DNA from: an uncultured Prevotellaceae bacterium
GTDB taxonomy: Bacteria; Bacteroidota; Bacteroidia; Bacteroidales; Bacteroidaceae
DNA length: 57,916 nt
Direction of reading: 5' to 3'
Assembly (NCBI GenBank): GCA_945827465.1
Contig: CALZOH010000001.1
Span: 1-57,916 of the forward strand
The position numbers and the translations under genes are program-made. Of this stretch, positions 48,162 to 57,853 are shown in pieces. A model generated the notes under the pieces. The model did no database searches, was not told the origin of the DNA, and saw only the letters and a program-made list of their open reading frames with translations. Numbering within the stretch: the first letter of the stretch is position 1; each line of letters begins with the position of its first letter.

Positions 48162-51100
48162 TTATGGTTGTGCGTTATTAGAGACATTTTTGACTTTCTT
48201 TTCTTGTCTGCGAGGATTGCGGAAGATAAATAACTCGCTGAAACGATTGGTTTTTTTCCTAAGCACCAAACCTGCTCCGGCTGACGAGTAGGTTCCTTCC
48301 AGAGGATCTACATTATCATGGTCGTAGAATAGGCGCAAACTACGAGAAGAGCCATTGCCAAGACGATATTCCAATGAGATATTATCAATGAAACTTTGGT
48401 TTTCCGATGCCATTTCAGAACCGGCTGTTACCTTTCCGCCAATCTTGAAAGTGACACGGTCGTTCCATAAATGTTTGGCAAACTGGAAAGAATAGTCGGT
48501 TTGAGCATTACCTGAAGCCGAAGTAGAACCTTCCATACCCACTGTCAGGTCAATGGTCTTGAGTGCATCTCCCACAATATTTTGTATTTCATTCTGCAAG
48601 AAAGCATTCAAAGCATTGTTGGCTTTAAAGGTAGATTTATTGTTGGAAGTAAGATACATACCGGTAGCCAATAGACTTACAGCTACCTTTTCTTTATCTT
48701 CCTTTGACATGGACGACAAGTCGTTTTGAACATTTAAGTCTTCAGGAGCTTCAACGATAAAACCAAGCCCCATATTATCAAGGGTCTGCGTAATCTGCAC
48801 GCCCACATTAAATGTAACCATACGCGTTGTATTATTATCCTCGCTGACAGAAGCGCGCGTCGTCTCTGTAGCTGTAATGTGAAGGGTCGGATTCGCCGGA
48901 TCACCTGTAAATGCGATATAGTTATTGTCCCCTTCAAGGTGGAACGTCTTGAGAGGGATGAAAGGCAACGCATATTTCATTTCTCCTTCACTCATCGTAA
49001 AGCGCCCCAACAAGTTGATCTCGCCATTAGGGAAGTAACGCATACTCAAGGAACCGCCACCACGACAATTAAAATAGCTATTGTTATCTTCACTCAACGA
49101 GACATGCAGTTTTGCCGATTCATCCACCTCAATATTCATGCCAACAAATACCCCACTGAGCGGCATCAGTTCATCCTTCTGAACCTTTATGGTGTCTGTA
49201 AAATCCATAAAATCCACCAAACCACTTAACCGGTCTTCAACTGTAAGCGGAGAATCCTTCATCACATACGTCATATTGGTCTTATCAAGAATTTTGAGAT
49301 TTCCACGCATGATCAAGAAGTCAGTCGTTCCCTTTAAAGTTGCATCCAGGTCAGTAAACACACTACCATATACAACTGCTTCACGCGTTTGACGGGCATT
49401 GATGATCTCAAAATCCTTCGCCTTGAAATTCATATCCAACTTGATCTTACTGAAATCACGAAGATCCAAATCACCTCCCACAACAAGTGGTGTCTCTGAT
49501 ATGGAGTACATTTTCAGATCATTGAGCTTCAATTTGCTATTCTCAATAGATAAGGATTTATTTTCCACCTTCAGATTAACGCCATAAAGCAGAGAGAAAA
49601 TCTGCAAGGAGTCGGACAATATCTCTCCATTTAATTGGAAGTCCGATACAGGCCCATCTACATGAACTTCACCGGCGAACCGCCCATCAAGAGCCACCGT
49701 ACCATCTGTTGATAAAAAGCCATTAAACAATTTGACAGGGAACTCCGTCATCAATACCGTTGCATCAATGCTTCCGCCATCAAGTTCCTGATAGTTCCCT
49801 TCCACATTCATCACTTCTTGTTGCTCTGCATAGACACTGGCCTGCACATAATGTTCATTCTCTCCGTTGGGCAGATAGATCATTTCCGTACTCAGATTTC
49901 CAAACTTACATTCTTCAAACGAAAAGTCACGAAGATCCATTTGCGCCACGGCTGACAAGGTATCAGCTATCCATTGCGCATGAGCATCACAACTCAATTT
50001 GCCCCCTAAATGAGGCAATATGGGGAAAACACTGCTCAGTTCATTCAAATTTAGATTGGCAATACTGATAGTCACGTCGCGCGTACTATCTCCCAGAGGA
50101 GTACTAATCTTGAAACCGGTATCATCATCTGCCATTAGACTTATATCGGCACTAATGTGATTATCCTTGCCGAGGGTAAAAAAGTTGTTTTTGTTAACTT
50201 TGAACTTGCGATAAGCAATTACTGACTCTTCAGGGAATAGATGCAACGTAATATCACCATTCTCTTCCAGACCAGCTTTGACTCCAAGATTTAAGCCCGT
50301 CACATGATGCTCGTCATGGAAATCTGTCAAGACGGAAAAACCATTTTTCTTCACTTCTCCATCAAGTGTAGCCGTGAACCGATTGGGATTTTTACGGTTG
50401 TCGTTTTCGATTGAACCCTTCAAGCGAACTCCTGATGAATCCTGCTCAATGGCTAATCGGGTTTCCTCAAGAAGCAATCCACCCGTCCTGAAATTAAAAA
50501 GCGACAACCTACCATCAATTCCGCTGACAGGATGAGTTTTCACCTTCCAATCAACACTATCCATCGTCCAACCACGCAAACGCATAAAGTTGGCTAAAGG
50601 ATTATCATTACCACTTTGCAGTGAGAACTCCAAATCCGGAAGATATTGGGTCAGCGATTTCTCATCAAAATGGGCCGACTTGACTTGTGCCGTCAGTTCA
50701 TCGCTGACAAGAGTCACTGCTTCCAACAATAGATGGACGTTTTTGTCCGACTGAAGTTTCATCGCCAGATCTCCTGCTCCGACATGAGCCTTGGTATAAT
50801 CCTCACCTATGTGAAAACCGAAGTTGATGTCCTTGGCCGGATATCCCATCTTGGTTGTAATAAAGAAGATGTTATTGATACTGCCATGAAGATCCATATC
50901 TGTACCCTTAGTTGCGGCACGTCCTTTTAAATTCACATCCAACATTAAGTGAATACTGTCTTTCCCCTGAGTCAGATAAAGCATATCCAGATTTTGCAAA
51001 GATGCCTGCAATTCAGCGCAGACTTCTTCCGGCTTCAGATCCGCTGAAAAATTGGTTTCCGTTCTGAACATACGGTTTTCAGCCGTCAGTTTAGCTTCGG

Positions 51101-52799
51101 CTTTTCCGTCTTTGAGTTGAGCAGTAAGCTGAAGGGTATCTAAAGGAATATTTTTGTATTGCAATTGATCAATAGCTGCAAGAAGATCAAAGTGAGTTTT
51201 CTGCTTTAAAGGATCAAATCCATGTCCGCTGGCCTGCACCTTCGCTGTCAGAGCCGATAAACTATCTTGTGGCAGCAAGGCATCCAGAGGGAAAGCATCA
51301 GCCAATAGGTTCAACTGATAATTCTCTGCCTTCAAAGCCATATTCCCTTTCAGTTCCACACTTCCCTTGCCTATACGAAGTTGGGTTCGAGTATCAATGC
51401 GATCGCCTCTCAAAGAGCTTTTACCTTCAAGCACCAAACCTTCCGGTATTCGCAGACGTTCCTTTAAAGCAGCGGGCATCAGGTTGCGATAACTACGCAT
51501 GCGGTGAGTTCGCAGATCATAGGCCAACTGTCCATATCGAGTCTTTTCATTCGTCATATTACCGGCCTTTCCTTCCATACGAAGACTAGCAAAGTTATTG
51601 AGTCCGAGCTGACATCTTTTCAATTCTAACAAATCAGTATTGCCATAGCCAAAGATGTCAAACGTAAGGTCGGCCGGCGGCAAATATTGGCAAACATCAG
51701 GAAGGAAACCTGCAGTCAACAAACGCAAATCCGACTCCCCTACTGTGCCATTGGCCTTGACAAGCAGTTGACCGCCTTTTCCGGTTTTCAACACACTCCA
51801 AGCCAATTTAGCCTCTGCATCCACTGACGTATGCCGGGTACGGATGGACAATTGAGGTAACTTGATTTCTTGAGTATCCAAGGCCAAATAAGTTCTCACA
51901 TAATCGACCTCCAGACCACTACGCTCACGGAAACTGAGTTGAGGCAATCCGAGGAAAAGTCCTTTCTGACTGTAATGAAATGTATCCAATTGCAATTGCA
52001 GTCCTTCCAAAGAAAGATGATTGATATCCAATCCTTCTTTTAAACTGTCTGCCTGGGGAACATCATAATATATATTGGCGTCTTTCAGCCTTACTCGCTT
52101 CACTTTAAAGTCTGAACGAGCAAGATCAAACCTTCCGTATTCAAGACTGCAATTATTCAAATTAGCACGAATACGCATGGAATCGCCGGGCATTTGCAAC
52201 GACAGGTCGGTTTGTTCTATTGATATCTGATCAAGGCCTATCTTCCATTCTGCCGGACTACTTTGCGTCGTGTCGGTTTGGGCGGTATCTGAAAGTTGAA
52301 TATCAACCCTACTCTTATTCAGGCAAAGCCGACTGATGTCAACTGTTTTCTTCCCTAAATCAATCGTTGCCGGAACGTCCAACTTAAACATTCCCACCTT
52401 GCCTTTTATCTGTAAATCGCTCAACAGACTTCTAGTATCAACCTGAGTGCGCCATAATTCCAGACAACTGACATCTACTTTCCCCTGAAAAAGGGGGAGC
52501 AGTTTAACGTCCAGACGTAACGCGTCGGCCACCAATATGGTGTCACGTCCATCCAGGGCTTTCGTACGTTCCAAGGAAAGGTCGAGAGGAAATGCAAGAC
52601 GCACATGTTCAATACTAATATTCAAACCGCTTTCGGCCGATAGCTTTTCCGTTACTTTGTTCTTGATGATTTCTTGTACCGGCGGTAAATAAATCAGGAT
52701 GGCCACCACGAAAAAAGCCACCACCGGTGAGGCTATGACCACTCCTAAAACCTTGAACAGGCTTCGCATCATGGAACGAATCGGTTTCTTTTTAGTCAT
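48162..52799 (-). CDS. tamB: Translocation and assembly module protein TamB (DUF490/AsmA-like)
   Basis: About 1545 aa with one N-terminal TM (VLGVVIASPVVAFFVVAILIYL). C-terminal DUF490-type end (NISLEYRL..LRLFYD). The track start 52832 is TTG. ATG 52799 or ATG 52772 is more likely. Confidence 0.85.
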   Translation of the reverse strand: MTKKKPIRSMMRSLFKVLGVVIASPVVAFFVVAILIYLPPVQEIIKNKVTEKLSAESGLNISIEHVRLAFPLDLSLERTKALDGRDTILVADALRLDVKLLPLFQGKVDVSCLELWRTQVDTRSLLSDLQIKGKVGMFKLDVPATIDLGKKTVDISRLCLNKSRVDIQLSDTAQTDTTQSSPAEWKIGLDQISIEQTDLSLQMPGDSMRIRANLNNCSLEYGRFDLARSDFKVKRVRLKDANIYYDVPQADSLKEGLDINHLSLEGLQLQLDTFHYSQKGLFLGLPQLSFRERSGLEVDYVRTYLALDTQEIKLPQLSIRTRHTSVDAEAKLAWSVLKTGKGGQLLVKANGTVGESDLRLLTAGFLPDVCQYLPPADLTFDIFGYGNTDLLELKRCQLGLNNFASLRMEGKAGNMTNEKTRYGQLAYDLRTHRMRSYRNLMPAALKERLRIPEGLVLEGKSSLRGDRIDTRTQLRIGKGSVELKGNMALKAENYQLNLLADAFPLDALLPQDSLSALTAKVQASGHGFDPLKQKTHFDLLAAIDQLQYKNIPLDTLQLTAQLKDGKAEAKLTAENRMFRTETNFSADLKPEEVCAELQASLQNLDMLYLTQGKDSIHLMLDVNLKGRAATKGTDMDLHGSINNIFFITTKMGYPAKDINFGFHIGEDYTKAHVGAGDLAMKLQSDKNVHLLLEAVTLVSDELTAQVKSAHFDEKSLTQYLPDLEFSLQSGNDNPLANFMRLRGWTMDSVDWKVKTHPVSGIDGRLSLFNFRTGGLLLEETRLAIEQDSSGVRLKGSIENDNRKNPNRFTATLDGEVKKNGFSVLTDFHDEHHVTGLNLGVKAGLEENGDITLHLFPEESVIAYRKFKVNKNNFFTLGKDNHISADISLMADDDTGFKISTPLGDSTRDVTISIANLNLNELSSVFPILPHLGGKLSCDAHAQWIADTLSAVAQMDLRDFSFEECKFGNLSTEMIYLPNGENEHYVQASVYAEQQEVMNVEGNYQELDGGSIDATVLMTEFPVKLFNGFLSTDGTVALDGRFAGEVHVDGPVSDFQLNGEILSDSLQIFSLLYGVNLKVENKSLSIENSKLKLNDLKMYSISETPLVVGGDLDLRDFSKIKLDMNFKAKDFEIINARQTREAVVYGSVFTDLDATLKGTTDFLIMRGNLKILDKTNMTYVMKDSPLTVEDRLSGLVDFMDFTDTIKVQKDELMPLSGVFVGMNIEVDESAKLHVSLSEDNNSYFNCRGGGSLSMRYFPNGEINLLGRFTMSEGEMKYALPFIPLKTFHLEGDNNYIAFTGDPANPTLHITATETTRASVSEDNNTTRMVTFNVGVQITQTLDNMGLGFIVEAPEDLNVQNDLSSMSKEDKEKVAVSLLATGMYLTSNNKSTFKANNALNAFLQNEIQNIVGDALKTIDLTVGMEGSTSASGNAQTDYSFQFAKHLWNDRVTFKIGGKVTAGSEMASENQSFIDNISLEYRLGNGSSRSLRLFYDHDNVDPLEGTYSSAGAGLVLRKKTNRFSELFIFRNPRRQEKKVKNVSNNAQP

Positions 52800-52803
52800 G
52801 ATA

Positions 52804-52811
52804 CAAAAGTA
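52804..52811 (-). promoter_or_regulatory. -7 promoter box at the GT2/tamB junction
   Basis: Minus strand reads tacttttg, only 4 nt upstream of ATG 52799. This implies either a leaderless mRNA or use of ATG 52772. Confidence 0.35.
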
Positions 52812-52832
52812 CTTGATTTTTTCAGGAATCAA

Positions 52833-53549
52833 TCATAGAAACAACCGATATTTTATCAGTATCCACAGCGCTAACAGTCCGTCCTTAAAACGGATTTTCT
52901 TCCCTTCTTCCATCGACCGAGGCGTGTATCGAATCGGTATCTCTTCAATGCGGATGTGTTTCCGCCCCAAACGCGCCGTCACTTCCGGACAAAACTCAAA
53001 ACCTTTACACCGCAAAGGCATTGATTTCAACAAATTCGCATCAATCATTTTATAACAAGTAGCCTCATCCGTAATATGCTGACGATAGAGCATATTGGCC
53101 GTTATGGACAGAATGCGTACTCCGTAATAAAACATCGGATAAAGGCTCTTGTCACGCCTTCCTCCGCCCAAATACCTTGATCCGTAAAGGGCCGGCATCC
53201 TTTTTTCCATCACACATTTCAACATCGTGGCCAAATCACTCGGGTCATACTCGTTATCGCCATCTTGCACAACGGCATATTGTCCGTTTACATAAGGAAG
53301 AGCCGTACGGATAGCCGCACCCTTCCCTTGGTTGACACGATGGGTCAACAACGTGCAACTCCCCGGTGGATTCTCTCTTTGGAATTGCTGCATCAGTTCT
53401 CCCGTAAGGTCCGTTGAACCGTCGTTGACCAATATATATTCTACTTCCACTCCTTCGGGCCATTCCACTTTGCGCAGACGCGAAAGAATATCCTGCAAAT
53501 GAGCACCTTCATTGAAAGCGGGTATAATGATGGTCAGCAAAGGATTCAT
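52833..53549 (-). CDS. Family-2 glycosyltransferase, polyprenyl-phosphate sugar synthase type (DPM1/ArnC/GtrB-like)
   Basis: LTIIIPAFNE start, DGSTD and QDGDNEYDP (DxD region), 238 aa soluble-type GT-A. Confidence 0.8.
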   Translation of the reverse strand: MNPLLTIIIPAFNEGAHLQDILSRLRKVEWPEGVEVEYILVNDGSTDLTGELMQQFQRENPPGSCTLLTHRVNQGKGAAIRTALPYVNGQYAVVQDGDNEYDPSDLATMLKCVMEKRMPALYGSRYLGGGRRDKSLYPMFYYGVRILSITANMLYRQHITDEATCYKMIDANLLKSMPLRCKGFEFCPEVTARLGRKHIRIEEIPIRYTPRSMEEGKKIRFKDGLLALWILIKYRLFL

Positions 53550-53557
53550 ACGCAGAT

Positions 53558-54478
53558 TTATTGAAGGATATGATTTTTACCAAATAGTAACTGAGAAACA
53601 TGAAGTCGGTCAAGCACGTACGCTACCATCAAACTACCCAAAACTCCTACAACGGCACCCAATATGGCAAATGTAAGCCTTGACGAGTCCCAACTGAGGA
53701 AAGGGATCAATGGTTTTACCATCAAAGTGAACACTGGCGAAAAGAGATAGATGACCAATGTATTCCGACCGACATATAGCGGAATCCGCAGCCAACGCTC
53801 CGGCAGGCGACAAGCAATGGCACTACAGATACAGATTGCAAGCCACGTCAGGATCGGAGCTAACAACAAATGGGGTTGTGGTAAAAACAATATCACCATT
53901 AAAGGAAGCAGTGCCCACCACGAAGGTCGAAACATTTTTTCTATTATTACGCCGCCTTGACGCAGTGCCAGTCCAGCTACAAAAAAGATGGCTTTGTCAA
54001 ATACCATCAAATCTTTCAACAGGTACACCGCAGCAACGAGCAGGCACAGTCGGCCGGTCAGACTTTCCACAAAGTGGGACTTGAAAATGATGACACTTAA
54101 AAGTTGGCAAATAATGAGCATCTGCAAATACCAATAAGGTCCTAACGGACGAATAAAGACATATTTCGCCCAGGCAGCAACCGTTAAGTGGTCGATATGC
54201 TCTTGGATGGGCAGTTGTGTGCATCCTATTACGTAAGCTGTCTCTATCAGCAGGTAGGGAACGGCCAGCCACACCACTCTTTTCATACAATCATTCCAGG
54301 GTCGGTCGGTATGACAGAAGTATCCCGAGAAGAGCAGGAACGTGGGCATGGCTATTTTATTGAAAGCAACGCTCTTAGCTTCCGGATATAGCTCCGTAAA
54401 CCAAGCAAGATGAAAGACGATGACCAACACAATCATCACTGCTTTCACAAAATCGACTTCTGCGTTCCGTTGCGTCAT
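53558..54478 (-). CDS. Acyltransferase-3 family membrane protein
   Basis: About 10 TM helices. N-terminal VDFVKAVMIVLVIVFH is typical of acyltransferase_3. 4-nt overlap with the upstream gene. Confidence 0.75.
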   Translation of the reverse strand: MTQRNAEVDFVKAVMIVLVIVFHLAWFTELYPEAKSVAFNKIAMPTFLLFSGYFCHTDRPWNDCMKRVVWLAVPYLLIETAYVIGCTQLPIQEHIDHLTVAAWAKYVFIRPLGPYWYLQMLIICQLLSVIIFKSHFVESLTGRLCLLVAAVYLLKDLMVFDKAIFFVAGLALRQGGVIIEKMFRPSWWALLPLMVILFLPQPHLLLAPILTWLAICICSAIACRLPERWLRIPLYVGRNTLVIYLFSPVFTLMVKPLIPFLSWDSSRLTFAILGAVVGVLGSLMVAYVLDRLHVSQLLFGKNHILQ

Positions 54479-55878
54479 ACCTCCGTCCGACGAAAATTGA
54501 TATGAGAGTCAAGTTGGTGGAATAACTGTCCCACAATGCCATTCGATACGATGTAGTACCACGCAATAGGAACGTAGCAGAACAAGAATCGTTTGGCTGA
54601 GAAGTTCATCACATGATCAAGAGTATCCCATATATAATTAATATGGTATAGCAGCACGAAATAAAGCACAAACGCCAGCAAGAGAGCCCCTGCCACGTAA
54701 AGAGTAGCCTTTCCTTTCTTGAACAGGATGAAGTTCAGCACCACTACCAAGAGGAACAGATGGAATGTCCACCCATAGTACGTTGACGTAATCGACAGAA
54801 ACCAGGCCCCACTACACATATCTCCGAATTTAACGGCATCCCAGAATGGACGGGTGATCAAGATGCTCTCCGAAGTAAGCCCTTCCACTTGTGCATAAAC
54901 CTGAAACAACAATGTCGGAAGCAGTGCCGCAAGAGGCAAGAGCAACAACTTCCACTCAATACCCTTTCGGCCCAATTGGCGGAACTGCCCATAACCACGC
55001 AGGGCGACCAAAACAAGCGCTGTTGCCACAAATATAATGCCTTCGGCCCTCATCCAACAGTTGGCGGCAAGCAACAAACAACCCAACATCAATTGTTCAA
55101 ACCGATGCGACGGATACCACTGACAGACATAAAGCAATCCGGCCGACGCCAAACAGGCATGTACCACATTAGTATTGGATAACGAACTGAACGAAAGCAT
55201 CTCCGGCGTCATCAACATGCCCAACACGCCGACGATAGATGCCGTTGCACAAGTTACACGACGCATCAATCCGTAGAACCCCAGCATAAAACCGGCAAAA
55301 AACAATGCAGGCACCAATTTGGAAGTAGCTGCTCCCAAAATATAGACGTAAGCATACGAGAGTTGAAGCATCGGCATGTAACTGATGTAACTGCCGGCCT
55401 GATGGATCTGGGGCATATAGTCGCCATCGAAGATGCTCATGCCACGGTAGGTATGTTCTTGGGCGGCAATAAAGCCGATGGTGTCAAATCCGGCCAAACT
55501 ATCCCGGTCATATACGGGGAAATACACTGTTTTCAGAAAATTGGAGGCTTCGGCATAAATCACCAAAGCCAACAACAATAACCAAAGCAGGTTGTTCAGA
55601 TTCAGCGTGAAGTGGAAACGATATTCTTTCAAGCTACGTTGCAGTTGATGGCGACACACCCAACCGCCTGCTACCGTCATCAGCACATTGAGCGAGAGCA
55701 ACAACACCGGCGTAAGCCTTAAACCCATCCAATCGGCCAGCCACATCAAGAGGGTGGTGACAAACAATCCAATGGGAAAGGCAAAACCAACTGTTTCCAT
55801 CCACGAAGCATCGCGATAGACAGCCCGAATGAGCAACCATCCGGAAATATAAAGCAGTATGATTCCTATTGTAAGCAT
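54475..55878 (-). CDS. Polytopic membrane protein, GT-C-like glycosyltransferase candidate (ArnT/PMT_2/GtrC analog)
   Basis: 467 aa, 12 or more hydrophobic helices by eye, acidic loop VYFPVYDRDSLAGFD. The context next to a polyprenyl-P GT2 supports the call. The fold is not verified. Confidence 0.5.
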   Translation of the reverse strand: MLTIGIILLYISGWLLIRAVYRDASWMETVGFAFPIGLFVTTLLMWLADWMGLRLTPVLLLSLNVLMTVAGGWVCRHQLQRSLKEYRFHFTLNLNNLLWLLLLALVIYAEASNFLKTVYFPVYDRDSLAGFDTIGFIAAQEHTYRGMSIFDGDYMPQIHQAGSYISYMPMLQLSYAYVYILGAATSKLVPALFFAGFMLGFYGLMRRVTCATASIVGVLGMLMTPEMLSFSSLSNTNVVHACLASAGLLYVCQWYPSHRFEQLMLGCLLLAANCWMRAEGIIFVATALVLVALRGYGQFRQLGRKGIEWKLLLLPLAALLPTLLFQVYAQVEGLTSESILITRPFWDAVKFGDMCSGAWFLSITSTYYGWTFHLFLLVVVLNFILFKKGKATLYVAGALLLAFVLYFVLLYHINYIWDTLDHVMNFSAKRFLFCYVPIAWYYIVSNGIVGQLFHQLDSHINFRRTEV

Positions 55879-55890
55879 CTTTGTATGAGT

Positions 55891-56445
55891 TTATAGCGGA
55901 GTCATGAGCAGGCTGTCGGTAGGCAGTGCTCCATTATAAAAGTCATCTTCGGTCTGATAAGGCAGCATGTCACGGTTATGACCGTTTACGATGCAGATGT
56001 GAGTCAACTTTTTGCTCCAAGAAGTCACTCCCAACTCACTTTCAACCACTACCCGGCGCGGATAAAGGAATCTGACGGCTATCAACTTCTCATGTAAGCG
56101 CCCATTAAAGATACTTTTTTCCTTATCAGGCGGTGGTGTGGTGAAATCAGCCATTGTGGGATAGTAAATTACCGCATTGGTAGGCGTTGTGTTGCGTATA
56201 AAAATCAGATAGCCCAAATCTGCGCCCAACTTCGACGTTAGCCGGCCTTCCAAAGGTACATGCAATTTGGGAGAAATTACTTTCAGGTTTTTGACCACAT
56301 ATTTTTCCCACGTCCAATTATATGCGTCTGAAGTCTTTTCTATCGCCACCAGCACAACCAGGGCAACCGCCACAGCACCAAGATTCCCTAACAACAGGCG
56401 AACCCATCGGGGCATACTTTTAAAAGTCGTATTACTGAATATCAT
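55891..56445 (-). CDS. Uncharacterised N-terminally anchored periplasmic protein
   Basis: Single TM (VRLLLGNLGAVAVALVVLVAI) followed by a ~140-aa soluble domain. ATG 56445 (or 56415) lies downstream of the -7 box; the longer track ORF overlaps that box. Confidence 0.6.
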   Translation of the reverse strand: MIFSNTTFKSMPRWVRLLLGNLGAVAVALVVLVAIEKTSDAYNWTWEKYVVKNLKVISPKLHVPLEGRLTSKLGADLGYLIFIRNTTPTNAVIYYPTMADFTTPPPDKEKSIFNGRLHEKLIAVRFLYPRRVVVESELGVTSWSKKLTHICIVNGHNRDMLPYQTEDDFYNGALPTDSLLMTPL

Positions 56446-56463
56446 CCGGTCACATTTTGTCTG

Positions 56464-56471
56464 CAAAAGTA
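56464..56471 (-). promoter_or_regulatory. -7 promoter box for the 4-gene membrane cassette
   Basis: Minus strand reads tacttttg, 19 nt upstream of ATG 56445. Confidence 0.45.
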
Positions 56472-56914
56472 AGGATAAAATGCGAGATGTTCGCACCTCG
56501 GTTCTGATAATGATTTTTAGACGCACGGCTCTTTCATTTAAGATAGCCTCCAACTTTCAAAGATGCTGTTATTTTGCGCAGTCACTGATCGATAGAAAGC
56601 ATGCATGGAAACTGGACTGCAATTTGCGGCAGGACAGGATAAGGCGTAAGTCTGAAAATCGGCGCGCAATCTCGATACAATCCAAAGAACAGTCTACTCC
56701 GTTTTCTCAATCTGGAAACGATTGCGTAAAAAGAGAGCAGACAGAAGAAAAGGCATGGCTGAGCTTATGAGAAGAGCCGTGCTCTTTCAATCATTGTCCC
56801 TAAAACGGGGAAAATACTACTTTTCAATGTAGCATTTCCTTCGGAAAGTACCTCCCATGATTCCTGTTGGAAATCAGGACTACTTCGACTTACCTTTCTG
56901 TTAAGTCCCGGTCC

Positions 56915-57853
56915 TTAGGGCGAGGGTATCGTCCCGGTTGTTATCTCCTTGTGTGAATGGATGTCGACGATGGGCGCTCTGGAATCATTCGGCGGGTTGA
57001 TATTCGTTTTCGAGTCATCTGTTGTTGGCAGTGTTGTGCCAATTGTATTGCCGGGAGGTGCTACCGCCCGTTTTGGGGTGGATTGCTCGACGGCTTGTTC
57101 CGATGGTGATTCATCAATCGGAATGGTGGGAACATCTTGGTTTGTTTTCGATCTCTTTCTGCGGTGGAGTGCATGTATCTTGATGCGCTTAATATCGGCA
57201 TTGCAGGCTTTTATAATTTTTGCCAATGCTTCGTCTTCTGTCATGTAATATAGGTTGTTGACAGCCTCTACCATTTCCTGGTATGCGGCGTCTGTTTCAT
57301 CGCGCACATCCTTCAAGGGACCTTCTTTCTGTGAGTTTTCTTTGCATCGCTCGTTCAGCGCATCGGAGAAGGCCGTATGGGCCAGGATGAATTCATTCAA
57401 GAAATCTTCGGCACCGATGTTCCTTATCTTCTGCAGATTCTCCGGTTCCGTAAAATCTGAAATCAGACTGCGATAGGTACCCATCAACGTGTCCATCTGC
57501 ATTCTGGTGGGAACGATTTTATAAAGTCTGATATAGCGTTTCAGACTGACGGCATCTTCATAATGCTTGCTCCTGGCATTCCGGCTCCAGGCGTTGATGG
57601 TGTCAACGAGCGACCGGAAGTAATCGTTCATCGTATCCCGATGTTCTGCCATGACCTGCGTCCAGGTGGATGACTTGAACTGCATCAATTTCTCTTCCTC
57701 CTTGCGAATGGCATCAAGCAGAGCTGCCTTTGCCCGCAGAAACTTTTCGTGGGAGGTTTCGTAATCATTTAATACGCCGTAGAAGCGATTCATTAACTCA
57801 AAGTGAGTTGACTTCCTCAATCTATAGAGAGGTAACAAACTAATTTTCAACAT
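56915..57853 (-). CDS. Hypothetical helical protein with disordered Pro/Thr-rich tail (possibly DUF6261-like)
   Basis: 312 aa. N-terminal LYRLRKSTHFELMNRF resembles the start of a Bacteroidota-specific DUF (weak recall). The last ~90 aa are low-complexity P/T/S/N. Confidence 0.6.
   Translation of the reverse strand: MLKISLLPLYRLRKSTHFELMNRFYGVLNDYETSHEKFLRAKAALLDAIRKEEEKLMQFKSSTWTQVMAEHRDTMNDYFRSLVDTINAWSRNARSKHYEDAVSLKRYIRLYKIVPTRMQMDTLMGTYRSLISDFTEPENLQKIRNIGAEDFLNEFILAHTAFSDALNERCKENSQKEGPLKDVRDETDAAYQEMVEAVNNLYYMTEDEALAKIIKACNADIKRIKIHALHRRKRSKTNQDVPTIPIDESPSEQAVEQSTPKRAVAPPGNTIGTTLPTTDDSKTNINPPNDSRAPIVDIHSHKEITTGTIPSP

Noticed and set aside
56267-56770. 167-aa plus-strand ORF in the 56.5-56.9 kb gap.
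   Set aside because: It overlaps the N-terminus and promoter of the minus-strand cassette gene. The sequence is Arg/Ser-rich, and I saw no start context.
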